The notes beneath the pieces were generated by a model. That model worked only from the letters and a program-made list of their open reading frames with translations, did no database searches and was not told the origin of the DNA. A stretch of 16,706 nucleotides of DNA from Thermodesulfobacteriota bacterium. Its GTDB lineage: Bacteria > Desulfobacterota > Desulfobulbia > Desulfobulbales > SURF-16. Shown here piece by piece: positions 7,942 to 16,541 of the stretch (within the stretch, counting starts at the first letter, position 1; each line of letters begins with the position of its first letter). The stretch covers positions 1 through 16,706 of the forward strand of contig JBDLIE010000057.1 of NCBI GenBank assembly GCA_039715015.1, read 5' to 3'. The translations under genes were made by a program, and so were the position numbers.

Positions 7942-10794
7942 ATGAGTGACGACGATAACCGTCTTGAAACAGAATCTGAGGAAGTTCAACGCCAGTTTGC
8001 CAACCATCCTCATATCTCAATTGTCTCGACTGAAGGAACCCCGGTCAATAAATATATTGTTGAGTACCGGACCAATGGTCTTGTTCGCCTTGATGATGGT
8101 GAGATCGCTAAGTCGGATCAACACCGTATCGAAATAACCCTTTCCTTTGGTTTCCCCCATTTTCCTCCCAATTGTAAACCCCTGACCCAGATTTTCCATC
8201 CCGATATAGATCCATCTGCCATTAAGATCGCTGAGTTCTGGACAGCTGATGAGACCATGGCCGCCCTTATTCGCCATATTGGCAGGATGATTTGCTGGCA
8301 GGTCTATTCTGAAGAGAATATTTTTAACCAGGATGCCGCTACCTGGCTTGCTGAAAACAGCGCTTCTGTTCCCCTGGATGATTTTGATTTTTCAGTAAGC
8401 TATGAGGGCGATGCAACTGGTGCTGAAGCTGGGGTTGCTGCAGGTAGTGGTGGGGAGGCCGCGGTCCCCAAGGAGGCTGTGGATATTGACCTGGGTCTCT
8501 CGGCAGATGATTTACCTGAACTTGCCTTTGATTCTGTTGATCTAGGAGAATCTGCTGCCCCGGCTGGGGAGAAAGTGGAGGTTGAATCAAAGCCTGCCAG
8601 TGGCGATGCCGTATCTGATGTTGCCAAGGATCTTGATTTTGGTTTTTCAGCCCCTGATCTCATTGAGTCAAAGGATGAGTCGGCAGAGATTGTCGTTGAA
8701 GAAATAAATATAACAGCTGAAACCCCGATCCCGGCCCCTGAAGCTGCTGTTGACGAAGTGGAGGGAGAGGTTGATCTGGATTTTGCCACTGTTGATATTG
8801 ATTATGACATTCTGCGCGGTATGCTGGATCAACAGAACTATTTCGCAGCTCAAACTAAAATAAACGCAACAGCCCCAGAAAATCTCAGCCAAGCTGCTGC
8901 CGGTCTCCGTGGTGAAATTGAAACTCATATCCGTGACTCGGAAAAGATTTTTCAAGAGGCAAAGAGTCTTGAGGAACAGGGCCAGCTGGAGGAGGCTGCC
9001 CGTAAACTTGAGGGAGTTCTCAACATAGCTCGGGATTATCCCGAACTTGAAGAGAACATGAAGCGGGTGCGTAATGCTTGGATGGCCTCCACCGGGCACG
9101 ATGCAGGAGAGGATCTCGGTGTTGAAGAGATTGAGTTGCCAGAACCTTCCGTTGAGGTTGAAGGCCCAGGCGAGATTGTCCTAACCCTTGAGAGTGAGGA
9201 AGAAGAACCCGCGGTCCCTGAGTTTCAACAGCCGGAGGTCTCTGATAGCCGCTCCTTTGAACAGCCTATGTCGCGTTCTTCTGTGCCGGCTCCATCATCA
9301 GTTCCATCCTCGCCAGGTATTGGCAAATCAATCCAAGAAAAATCACAAATACCAAAGGCGTCGCTTCCTGAAGAAAAACCTAAAAAGCCCCTTACTGTTG
9401 CCGGCCTGGCCATGCTGCTGGTGCTGGCGGTATCCGGCTGGTTTTATGTGGAATGGACTTCCTTCAACAAGGCCAAGGACAAATGGGGGGGGATTCATGC
9501 CCTTTTAGAAAGGGGCGAATATGACCTGGCCGGGAAAGAGTGTGATGAAATAATAAGATTGCTTAGCCGGGTTCATATTGTTATGGCCTCAGGCAAGAAG
9601 GAACTCCTTGGTCAGGTCGAGGATATTGTTAGCTCTGAGCATTTCCAAGAGGCAATGGGGGGTAAGATCTATTTTAAAGATAAATATATTTCGAAAAAGG
9701 CTCATTCCGCCTACTTAGCCATTGAAAAACATGTTGCTGAAGGTGAAAAACAAGGCTCTGTTTCTAATTGGGGAGGAGCGTTGGTAAGTTATGAGGCCGC
9801 CCTGAAGGTGGCCGAAGAGAACAAGAAACGGCTTGATAAAGCCTTCTATGAGAAGGTTGTTTTTAATGTCAAGCAGGCGCAGTTCGCAAACAATGTGGCG
9901 CAAGGGAAAAAAGCATTTATTGCCAAGAGTTGGTCAGCTGCTATTGGCAATTTCGAGAAGGCTGTCGAACTTGCCAAGGTTAAAGATGTCGCTGATCCCA
10001 CGAGCAGCTACGATGTTAATAGATACCTGCAGCGGGCCCGTTTTTCTCAATTTCTTATAGATGGTGATGCCTCTTTGAAAAAGGGAGACTGGAAAGAGGC
10101 TGTGTCCAGCTACCAGGGGGCTTATGATATTGCCAGTAAAGCGGATGTCATTGATAAGGCAAGCAAGTCGTCGGTGACCCTCAAACTTCATCAAACTACG
10201 CTGATGAAGGGTCTGACTGAGGGCGATAAGTATGCCGAGAGTAAAAAATGGGACCGTGCAGTTGCTGAATATGAAAAGGCCGAGAAAGTTATGCCCTACG
10301 ATGTCACCATCCCCGGCAAGAGTGTGGCTGAGACCCAGAAGCAAGTGGCAAATTCATTACTCAGTGCTCTAGTAAACCGGGAGCAGGAGAGTGCCCGGAA
10401 TTACTTTACTAGTAAAGAATATATCAAGGCAATTGCCGCCCTGAAACGTATGGTGAGGGCAATTGACTCTTCTTCGCTTAAAAACAAAGCACAATGGCAG
10501 CTTATAAAAAAGCAGGCTGAGACTGATTTGAAGAAGGCCAAGCTTAAGGGCATTGTCGAGGAAAAAACAGCGTATCTAAACGAAAATTACAAAGAAATAT
10601 TTATAGAAAACTTTGTTGGCGTTCGGGCCAAGGTGCTCGATCAGCCCCAGGTTAAATTTCTTGAGAATACTGGTTCGGCCTTACTTTTCCGAGTGCGCTG
10701 CCGGGAGCTGAGGGACTTGAAATATTACACCCTCGAATTGATCTATCAGTATGATATAGCTAAGGATAAGTGGGGCTTCCCGGGCGGGGATTAA
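7942..10794 (+). CDS. Single-pass membrane protein: N-terminal E2/UBC-like domain (catalytic Cys absent), acidic linkers, TPR-like repeats
   Basis: aa ~1-143 show UBC-fold motifs (GFPHFPP, TQIFHPDI, FW). Acidic/Pro-rich linkers at ~144-287 and ~381-483 flank a helical TPR-like unit (~288-380). KPKK precedes a hydrophobic helix (~484-503). The C-terminal half has repeated G-x-x-x-x-x-x-x-x-W-x-x-A-x-x-x-[YF]-x-x-A TPR-like units. Confidence 0.8.
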   Translation: MSDDDNRLETESEEVQRQFANHPHISIVSTEGTPVNKYIVEYRTNGLVRLDDGEIAKSDQHRIEITLSFGFPHFPPNCKPLTQIFHPDIDPSAIKIAEFWTADETMAALIRHIGRMICWQVYSEENIFNQDAATWLAENSASVPLDDFDFSVSYEGDATGAEAGVAAGSGGEAAVPKEAVDIDLGLSADDLPELAFDSVDLGESAAPAGEKVEVESKPASGDAVSDVAKDLDFGFSAPDLIESKDESAEIVVEEINITAETPIPAPEAAVDEVEGEVDLDFATVDIDYDILRGMLDQQNYFAAQTKINATAPENLSQAAAGLRGEIETHIRDSEKIFQEAKSLEEQGQLEEAARKLEGVLNIARDYPELEENMKRVRNAWMASTGHDAGEDLGVEEIELPEPSVEVEGPGEIVLTLESEEEEPAVPEFQQPEVSDSRSFEQPMSRSSVPAPSSVPSSPGIGKSIQEKSQIPKASLPEEKPKKPLTVAGLAMLLVLAVSGWFYVEWTSFNKAKDKWGGIHALLERGEYDLAGKECDEIIRLLSRVHIVMASGKKELLGQVEDIVSSEHFQEAMGGKIYFKDKYISKKAHSAYLAIEKHVAEGEKQGSVSNWGGALVSYEAALKVAEENKKRLDKAFYEKVVFNVKQAQFANNVAQGKKAFIAKSWSAAIGNFEKAVELAKVKDVADPTSSYDVNRYLQRARFSQFLIDGDASLKKGDWKEAVSSYQGAYDIASKADVIDKASKSSVTLKLHQTTLMKGLTEGDKYAESKKWDRAVAEYEKAEKVMPYDVTIPGKSVAETQKQVANSLLSALVNREQESARNYFTSKEYIKAIAALKRMVRAIDSSSLKNKAQWQLIKKQAETDLKKAKLKGIVEEKTAYLNENYKEIFIENFVGVRAKVLDQPQVKFLENTGSALLFRVRCRELRDLKYYTLELIYQYDIAKDKWGFPGGD

Positions 10795-10836
10795 ATTCTA
10801 ATCGTTTCCTGCTGCTATTTTCCATTTTTTTGGAAA

Positions 10837-11760
10837 TTAGAGTTGGCTGAATGAATATCCTTTTTCCCCCAGCATTCTCAAAAGGCTCTGCGGGCCAACG
10901 AGATGTCCTGCTCCAACAATGACAAGCACCGTTTGATTTTGTTGGAGAAAATTTTCTATCTGGGGGAGCCAATTTCTATTTCTTTTGACGATAAGGTTTT
11001 GGTAGAGGTCTGGAAATTGCTCAAAACTTGCGGACAAGAGTTTGTGCAGTTGCTCGCTGTCTCCCTTTTGCCAGGCTTTGTCCATCTGGCCTGCCTCTCT
11101 GGCAAAGCTGTTAAGTTCTAGCAGGGTCTGGTTGAGAAACATGTCCTGGTCTTCGGCTGTCAGGTCAAAAAAGAGATTGATCTGAAACTCCGCTGTTTCT
11201 AAAGCTCCTTTCTTCTTGCCTTTCCTTGAGGCCTTGCTGGAAAAATAATGGTCGAGCCCAAATCTGGCCTCATAGCCAAGACGTTGAAATTCCATCATAG
11301 TTAAAACAAGGGCGCAGTTTGCCGGTGTCATTCTCTGGAACAGAGAAATGGGCAGTTGAAGATTGTTGAGGTGGACTTTTAGGGCTTGAAAGGTGGCCGG
11401 GGAAATGTGTCTCTCCAGAGTATCTTCGCCCTTATAGAAGCCTTTCTTGCGCACAAGCTGTTGGCTTTCGGCGCTCTCCATCTCTTCTTGGTCAATTTCA
11501 AAAACCACCAGATCGCTTTTTTTGAAGGCCTCTTCCATCACCTCGGGGAGAGGGTAATGACTTTCCTGCAAGACATGGATAGAACCCATGAGATAAAGTG
11601 TCTTTCCCTGGAAATGACTTACCCAAAGAGATGATTGGCCCCATGCTGAACTTAAGAAGCTGAGCAGAAAAACAGCGGAAACCAACAGGGAACGGCTTGC
11701 CGCCATAGTCAGCTTGCGCACCTCCCATCCTTCGAATAACCTATTTTTTTTGTTTGGCAT
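10837..11760 (-). CDS. TraB/GumN (Tiki-like) family protein, probably exported
   Basis: LYLMGSIHV, VVFEID, GLDHYF, LETAEFQ, RNRNW and VIVGAGHLVG motifs. Signal-peptide-like LLVSAVFLLSFLSSAWG. Alternative start at 11706. Confidence 0.88.
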   Translation of the reverse strand: MPNKKNRLFEGWEVRKLTMAASRSLLVSAVFLLSFLSSAWGQSSLWVSHFQGKTLYLMGSIHVLQESHYPLPEVMEEAFKKSDLVVFEIDQEEMESAESQQLVRKKGFYKGEDTLERHISPATFQALKVHLNNLQLPISLFQRMTPANCALVLTMMEFQRLGYEARFGLDHYFSSKASRKGKKKGALETAEFQINLFFDLTAEDQDMFLNQTLLELNSFAREAGQMDKAWQKGDSEQLHKLLSASFEQFPDLYQNLIVKRNRNWLPQIENFLQQNQTVLVIVGAGHLVGPQSLLRMLGEKGYSFSQL

Positions 11761-12694
11761 CGTTTTCCCTTATAAAATAATCATCGATCAGCCTGGCGTA
11801 GGACGAGATTTTTTTGGTTTTCTGGATTTTTTTTAAGAGCTTCTTGTCGCTCGGAAATCTTCCTGCCAGGTAGAACCAGACAGCCTTCATCCGCCCCAGC
11901 AAATGGCTACCTCCGCTCAGACGACGGCTATATTCACCAAACAGGTCATCATGGAAAGACTTGATCGTCTGTGAAGGATTATGAGGAGCAGCAATGCCTT
12001 TGATGGCACTTGGCAGGAAAGGATCACTCAGGGCACCGCGGCCAATCATCCATCTTTCTATGGTGGGAAAACGTTCAGCCAATCTGGTAAAGTCAGCCAG
12101 GCTGCAAATATCACCGTTATAGGTCACCGGGTTGACAGAGCTTGCCAGGCATGAAGCAAAAACTTCAAGGTCGACCTCTCCCTTGTAAAGCTGGATGCCA
12201 AGACGGGGGTGAATGATAAGTTCCTCCAGAGGGAATGAGTTGAATATCGGCATCAAGGCCTTGATCTCATCACTGCTCCGGCGGCCAATTCTTGTCTTGA
12301 TCGACAGCCGGCAAGGCATGTCAGCTATGGTCTCCAGAAAGGCGGCAATCTTGCTGGGCTCTGGGAGCATTCCAGAGCCTCTGCCCTTATTGGCCACCAT
12401 GGGATATGGGCAGCCGAGATTCCAGTTTACTGTTTCATAGCCCAGATCAAAAAGCATGGTGGCCAGGGTTTTAAATTGATCGGCGTCTTTTGAGAGGATT
12501 TGCGGGATTACCGGCAGGTCCTGGTTGTTTTCCGGCAGCAGGTCGCCTAGTTTGGCGGATTTCACCTTGGTCCCCTGGAAGGTCGTGAGAAAAGGGGCCA
12601 TGGCCAGATCAAAGCCCTTGAAATGGCGGGCAAAGGTGTTGCGGTAAATAGCGTCTGTAAGGCCGCGTAGCGGGGCAAGGGTGAGGATGGTCAT
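11741..12694 (-). CDS. tRNA-dihydrouridine synthase family protein
   Basis: LAPLRGLTD, PQIL, NWNLGCP (catalytic Cys), GSGML, SIKTRIG, IHPR, YNGDI, MIGRGAL. The subfamily (DusA/B/C) cannot be assigned by eye. Confidence 0.92.
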   Translation of the reverse strand: MTILTLAPLRGLTDAIYRNTFARHFKGFDLAMAPFLTTFQGTKVKSAKLGDLLPENNQDLPVIPQILSKDADQFKTLATMLFDLGYETVNWNLGCPYPMVANKGRGSGMLPEPSKIAAFLETIADMPCRLSIKTRIGRRSSDEIKALMPIFNSFPLEELIIHPRLGIQLYKGEVDLEVFASCLASSVNPVTYNGDICSLADFTRLAERFPTIERWMIGRGALSDPFLPSAIKGIAAPHNPSQTIKSFHDDLFGEYSRRLSGGSHLLGRMKAVWFYLAGRFPSDKKLLKKIQKTKKISSYARLIDDYFIRENDAKQKK

Positions 12695-12697
12695 GGT

Positions 12698-14095
12698 CTA
12701 AATGGCTGCAGAGCCCGGGGTGCGGGGAAAGGGGATGACGTCCCTGATATTGCCGAGGCCGGTGACGAGAAGAACCAACCGCTCAAAACCAAGGCCAAAA
12801 CCAGCATGGGGAGCAGAACCAAAACGGCGCAGGTCAAGGTACCATTGATAGGGCTCTTCTGGAACGCCGCATTCATCCATCCGGCCGGTCAAGATATCCA
12901 ACCTTTCCTCCCTTTGGCTGCCGCCGATAATTTCACCAATCCCAGGGACAAGAACATCCATGGCAGCCACGGTTTTGTTATCATCGTTAAGTCGCATATA
13001 AAAGGGTTTGATATCTTTAGGATAGTCATAGATAATCACCGCTTTTTCAAAGATTTTGTCGGTGAGATATTTCTCATGTTCAGATTGTAAATCCATCCCC
13101 CAGGTAACTTGATTTTCAAAGGGCTCTTTGCTGGCCTGAAGGTGAGTGATCGCCTCCGTGTAGCTTAAGCGTTGGAAAGGTTTCTGTAGCTGGGCAAGGC
13201 GGGTTGCTAGATTTTTGTCCACAAAGCGACTGAAAAGCTTGATGTCTTCAGGGCAGGATTTCAGGATGTCGGCAACAAGAAATTGCAACATTTCCTCTGC
13301 CAGGTTCATGTCCCCCTCCAGGTCGCAAAAGGCCATTTCCGGCTCTACCATCCAAAATTCAGCAAGATGCCTGCTGGTATTTGAATTTTCTGCTCGAAAA
13401 GTGGGGCCGAAGGTATAGACATTACCCAGGGCCATGGCGTATGTCTCTGCCTCAAGCTGGCCGCTTACCGTGAGACTGGCCTGCTGACCGAAGAAATCCC
13501 TGCTGTAATCCATTTTATTACTTGGCGAAGATGACACTTCATCAAGATTAAGGGATGTGATTGTAAACATTTCCCCAGCCCCTTCGCAATCACTGGTGGT
13601 AATGATGGGAGTGTGGAGTTGGCAGAAACCGCGGTCCTGAAAGAATTTATTTACTGCGTAGCTAAGGCGGCTGCGGATACGGGTCATAGCGCCCAGGCTG
13701 TTGGTTCTGGCCCGGAGATGGGGGAGAGAGCGAAGAAACTCGAAGGAGTGCCGTTTTTTTTGGAGAGGATATTGCTCTGGGTCAGCCCAGCCATATACCG
13801 AAATTTCTTGAGCGACAAGTTCGGCACTTTGGCCCTTGGCAGGAGATTTCTGGAGAACCCCGATAACACGCAAACAGCAACCCGTGGTAAGTTTTTTTAT
13901 TTCCTGTTGGTAATTTGCCAAGGAATTGTCGGCAATAACCTGCAACCCCTGCAGGCATGAGCCATCACCAACATCAAGGAAAGAAAAATTTTTGGCATCT
14001 CGTTTTGATTTGAGCCAGCCCTTTATTTCTAGGGTGGCACCCCAGGGCGGGTCTGCTATTATTTTCTTAATGCGTTGCATGCTGAAGTCTGTCAT
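12698..14095 (-). CDS. asnS: Asparagine--tRNA ligase
   Basis: OB-fold N-terminus (GW...R...F...DGS), SDCEGAGEMF, LTVSGQL, motif 2 FGPTFRAENSNTSRHLAEFWMVEPE, GEIIGGSQRE and motif 3 GFGLGFERL. Alternative start at 14080. Confidence 0.97.
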   Translation of the reverse strand: MTDFSMQRIKKIIADPPWGATLEIKGWLKSKRDAKNFSFLDVGDGSCLQGLQVIADNSLANYQQEIKKLTTGCCLRVIGVLQKSPAKGQSAELVAQEISVYGWADPEQYPLQKKRHSFEFLRSLPHLRARTNSLGAMTRIRSRLSYAVNKFFQDRGFCQLHTPIITTSDCEGAGEMFTITSLNLDEVSSSPSNKMDYSRDFFGQQASLTVSGQLEAETYAMALGNVYTFGPTFRAENSNTSRHLAEFWMVEPEMAFCDLEGDMNLAEEMLQFLVADILKSCPEDIKLFSRFVDKNLATRLAQLQKPFQRLSYTEAITHLQASKEPFENQVTWGMDLQSEHEKYLTDKIFEKAVIIYDYPKDIKPFYMRLNDDNKTVAAMDVLVPGIGEIIGGSQREERLDILTGRMDECGVPEEPYQWYLDLRRFGSAPHAGFGLGFERLVLLVTGLGNIRDVIPFPRTPGSAAI

Positions 14096-14210
14096 GGCAA
14101 AGTTGGGCTAAGTAAAAGAAAAATGATGAGGAATTTGGTCTTATCAATATAGGCTAAATTGTCAATTATAATGATACCTGGATGGTGATCAATTTGAGGA
14201 GGATTTTTTT

Positions 14211-14768
14211 GTGACAACAATAAAACGCTTAGATCCTGGCCATTGTGGCCTTCTTGTTGTGGATATCCAGGAACGGCTGATGCGTGTTATCCCTGGCAAA
14301 GATGAGGTGGTGCGTAATTCTGTTTTGCTCATCAAGGCAGCAAAGGAACTCGGCCTTCCCATTGTCGCCACCACCCAGTACGAAGCAAGGATTGGTGAGC
14401 TGTTGCCGGAAATCGCAGCCGAAATGCCTGAGGTGAAAGCCATCGATAAACTTGAATTCGGCTGTTTTGGTAATGAGCAGGTTGCCACGGCTCTCAAGTC
14501 CTATAAGAATATTGATACCTGGATTGTCTGCGGGGTGGAAACCCATATCTGTGTGTATCAGACGATGATGGGGGGGATCAACGCCGGTTATGGCATGTGG
14601 CTCCCGGCTGATGCGGCGGCATCCCGAGTTGAAAAGAACTCTGAAACCGGCCTGCAGAGAATCAGGGAAATTGGTGGTATCGTAGCCAGCACGGAGATGG
14701 TTATCTACGAATTGTTGGGCAAGGCCGGTACTTCACAGTTCAAAGCGTTACTTCCCTTTTTAAAGTAG
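14211..14768 (+). CDS. Isochorismatase-family cysteine hydrolase (YcaC-like)
   Basis: VVDIQERL (Asp), IDKLEFGC (Lys), CGVETHICVYQT (Cys nucleophile). GTG start with GAGGAGG RBS. Confidence 0.92.
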   Translation: MTTIKRLDPGHCGLLVVDIQERLMRVIPGKDEVVRNSVLLIKAAKELGLPIVATTQYEARIGELLPEIAAEMPEVKAIDKLEFGCFGNEQVATALKSYKNIDTWIVCGVETHICVYQTMMGGINAGYGMWLPADAAASRVEKNSETGLQRIREIGGIVASTEMVIYELLGKAGTSQFKALLPFLK

Positions 14769-14828
14769 AAAGAAGATGGATGGCAGAGGGCAAATGAGAG
14801 GTCGCTTTTTATAAAAGATAAAAAAATA

Positions 14829-14856
14829 TCAAGATTTCAAAATGTTGTGCCGATAG
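14829..14856 (+). promoter_or_regulatory. Putative sigma28 (FliA) promoter upstream of cheZ
   Basis: TCAAG (14829-14833), a 15-nt spacer, then GCCGATAG (14849-14856). Consensus is TAAA/TCAAG-N14-16-GCCGATAA. It precedes a chemotaxis gene. Confidence 0.65.
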
Positions 14857-14985
14857 GTTCGCCAGAGAGCCTTCCTTGTTTAGTTCTTTAAGGCTCAAAA
14901 GTATAAATTTTATCAAATGCTGTGAGTTGTTTCTCTTTAGGCGATTTTCAGGGAGGAGAGCGCACGAGATAAAAGGGGGAATGTT

Positions 14986-16491
14986 GTGGCGGACAAACCG
15001 GAAATCTTTCTTGAAATCGGCTCTGGATATTTTCGTATACCTACATCTGAGGCGAATTATAATATCACCATCATAGGGTCTCCTGCCGCTTCATCGGCTG
15101 GTGCCGGAGTACCCTCTCAAATCACACCTGGCGTCAGCACAGAAGGCGGTGATGATTATTATCAACACGTCTCAGAAGATCTCTATCAAGATATAGGCCA
15201 GCTGGCCAAATCATTAAGCTCCACCATCATGGAAATTCCAGCCGAAGACCGCAAACAGCAGCGGGCAACGCTGGATGAAGCCGGTGATAAATTGGAGCAT
15301 GCCAAGACCCAGCTACGGGACATTGTCGCCATGACGGAAAAAGCTGCCATGGAAATTATGGACAGTGTCGAAAAGGTGCAAGGCGGCACAGGAGATGTCC
15401 AGTCTCTCCTCTCGGAGTTAAAAGATCATCCTGCCTTTGCCGTTGAGGCTGAGCACGAAGAAGGTGGAGAGGCGGGGGAGGCAGCATCCTTAAATGCTGA
15501 GATTAAGAGTATTGACTCAGATTTAAGCGGCGTCCTTAATCTTCTTGAAGCATTAAGGGCAGAAAGGGGAGATACCCCTGCCAGGAAGGCTGCTGAAAAG
15601 GTTGAAAAGAAAGAACGCTACCTCTTTGATCTGGATACCATCTTCCAGACCCTCTATGAACTTTGTACTAACGAGACAGTGAAGGCGCACATTTCAGGAG
15701 CCCGTGAAAAGGCGGAGGAAATTTTTGATCTTGAACGTTTTCAGGACAAGATCAGTGAAAAGGCAACAGGCTATGAGGCAGATGATGATAATTATTTTAA
15801 CGTGCCCATGTCTGATGTTTTCCAGTCTTTCTTTGCAGCCTGTAATGACAAGGGGATTAAAAACCTCCTGAAAAAAATGGATACCGGTCAAAGTACTATT
15901 TTTCTCGATCAGGCCATCCCCCTGGAGGTTCCCGCCATTGAGGAAGTTGAATTAGAAGGTTCTTCGGAGGCTGCGGCTGAGAAGCAAGGAGCATCAGTAG
16001 TCCCTGATCCCCGTCTGGATGAGGTTGTGGATACCCTGCAAAAATGTCAGGAGGCTATAAAGTCTCTTCCTGAATTAGCCAATAAAGCGGAATCGGTCAA
16101 AGCCGTTAATGGCAAGGTGATGAGCCTTGATGATCAACACGATATTTTTGAGAAAATCGAGGCAGCTTTTGACGTCTCAACCTCTATTACCTCTGATGTA
16201 TCCAAAATAACAGAGGCGCTGAGTTTTCAGGATCTTTCCGGTCAGCGTATTATGAAGATCCTAAAACTCCTTAGTGATTTTCAGATTGAACTCCTTGCCA
16301 TTGTGGTCAGCTTTGGCTCTCAGCTCAAACATAAAAAGGATGACTCCACTATTTCCGTTGATGAGGGTAAAAATCTTGCCCAGGGGGATGTTGATAAGTA
16401 TCTCGGTGGCATCTCTGAAGAAGGGAAGGATGACGACGGTATGCTCGATCAGGAAACTGTTAACCAAATGTTGGAGGAATTTGGGTTTTAG
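14986..16491 (+). CDS. cheZ: CheZ-family protein phosphatase, enlarged (501 aa)
   Basis: N-terminal helices YQDIGQLAKSL...AKTQLRDIVAMTEKAAMEIMDSVE. Catalytic D-x-x-x-Q in ITEALSFQDLSGQRIMKI (D416, Q420). C-terminal CheY-binding-type peptide DQETVNQMLEEFGF. GTG start with AGGGGG RBS. Confidence 0.85.
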   Translation: MADKPEIFLEIGSGYFRIPTSEANYNITIIGSPAASSAGAGVPSQITPGVSTEGGDDYYQHVSEDLYQDIGQLAKSLSSTIMEIPAEDRKQQRATLDEAGDKLEHAKTQLRDIVAMTEKAAMEIMDSVEKVQGGTGDVQSLLSELKDHPAFAVEAEHEEGGEAGEAASLNAEIKSIDSDLSGVLNLLEALRAERGDTPARKAAEKVEKKERYLFDLDTIFQTLYELCTNETVKAHISGAREKAEEIFDLERFQDKISEKATGYEADDDNYFNVPMSDVFQSFFAACNDKGIKNLLKKMDTGQSTIFLDQAIPLEVPAIEEVELEGSSEAAAEKQGASVVPDPRLDEVVDTLQKCQEAIKSLPELANKAESVKAVNGKVMSLDDQHDIFEKIEAAFDVSTSITSDVSKITEALSFQDLSGQRIMKILKLLSDFQIELLAIVVSFGSQLKHKKDDSTISVDEGKNLAQGDVDKYLGGISEEGKDDDGMLDQETVNQMLEEFGF

Positions 16492-16541
16492 AAACAGTTT
16501 GAGGGCAGGCTGCCAATAAGAAAATTGATTAGGCTCTAGAG

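Noticed and set aside
7063..11760. Complete bacterial ubiquitination or anti-phage operon (Bil/Bub/CBASS Cap2-Cap3)
   Set aside because: No E1/ThiF, ubiquitin-like or JAB gene is in the window, the E2 catalytic Cys is missing, and the neighbours are housekeeping or signalling genes rather than a defence island.
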